DNA of 5,642 bases from a virus. Taxonomy: Duplodnaviria > Heunggongvirae > Uroviricota > Caudoviricetes. The stretch lies in IMG/VR virus record IMGVR_UViG_2698536484_000011, positions 1-5,642 of that record. The stretch is one strand, 5' to 3'. Under the pieces are notes generated by a model. It was not told the DNA's origin and ran no database searches. It was given only the letters and a program-made list of their open reading frames with translations. Positions 5,539 to 5,642 of this stretch are shown here, one piece after another. The translations under genes were made by a program, and so were the position numbers. How positions within the stretch are numbered: position 1 is the stretch's first letter; every line of letters starts with the position of its first letter.

Positions 5539-5642
5539 GGTGATGCTGCCAACTTACTGATTTAGTGTATGATGGTGTTTTTGAGGTGCTCCAGTGGCTT
5601 CTGTTTCTATCAGCTGTCCCTCCTGTTCAGCTACTGACGGGG
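5539..5642 (+). mobile_element. IS1 left end (terminal inverted repeat plus insA 5' region); the element continues beyond the window
   Basis: From 5539 the sequence GGTGATGCTGCCAACTTACTGATTTAGTGTATGATGGTGTTTTTGAGGTGCTCCAGTGGCTTCTGTTTCTATCAGCTGTCCCTCCTGTTCAGCTACTGACGGGG matches the canonical IS1 terminus as I recall it. The 9 bp flanking the insertion are tcaaatacc (5530..5538). Confidence 0.92.
5594..5642 (+). CDS. insA: IS1 InsA, N-terminal fragment truncated by the window edge
   Basis: GTG at 5594 followed by codons for [15 protein letters not shown], matching the recalled InsA N-terminus [22 protein letters not shown]. Only 16 codons are in the window. Confidence 0.75.
   Translation, partial: [16 protein letters not shown]

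Noticed and set aside
1-5642. Possibility that this is the Dam-encoding retron-associated prophage region (retron Ec67 type)
   Set aside because: A phage-borne dam reminded me of that element, but no reverse transcriptase ORF or msr/msd-like structure is present in the window, so nothing here supports a retron.
1-5642. CRISPR array, tRNA or rRNA genes, and a tRNA-associated attachment site
   Set aside because: No spaced direct repeats and no cloverleaf-like or rRNA-like segment were seen by eye. Neither prophage end is in the window.

Overview
This window reads as the early/replication module of a P2/186-like temperate prophage in an Escherichia/Shigella-type genome, bounded by AT-rich, probably foreign DNA on the left and an IS1 insertion on the right. 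The minus strand carries a tightly packed operon: a small basic ORF (4577..4798), a 129-aa hypothetical (4172..4561), a Dam-family N6-adenine methyltransferase (3211..4101) and an 870-aa gene-A-like rolling-circle replication initiator (602..3214). Dam and A overlap by ATGA, and two hairpins (526..597) follow the A stop. On the plus strand, a divergent, visibly AT-rich 159-aa gene (4937..5416) sits where a P2-like immunity repressor would be expected but shows no helix-turn-helix. The last 104 bp (5539..5642) match the left end of IS1, including the start of insA. The left edge has an AT-rich spacer (120..358) and a short open frame running off the window. I see no rRNA, tRNA or CRISPR array. 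I cannot demonstrate a complete novel multi-gene system inside the window; the best candidates are the AT-rich divergent gene next to IS1 and the cargo that appears to begin just beyond the left edge. All similarity statements come from reading the translations and recalling known proteins; no searches or computations were run.
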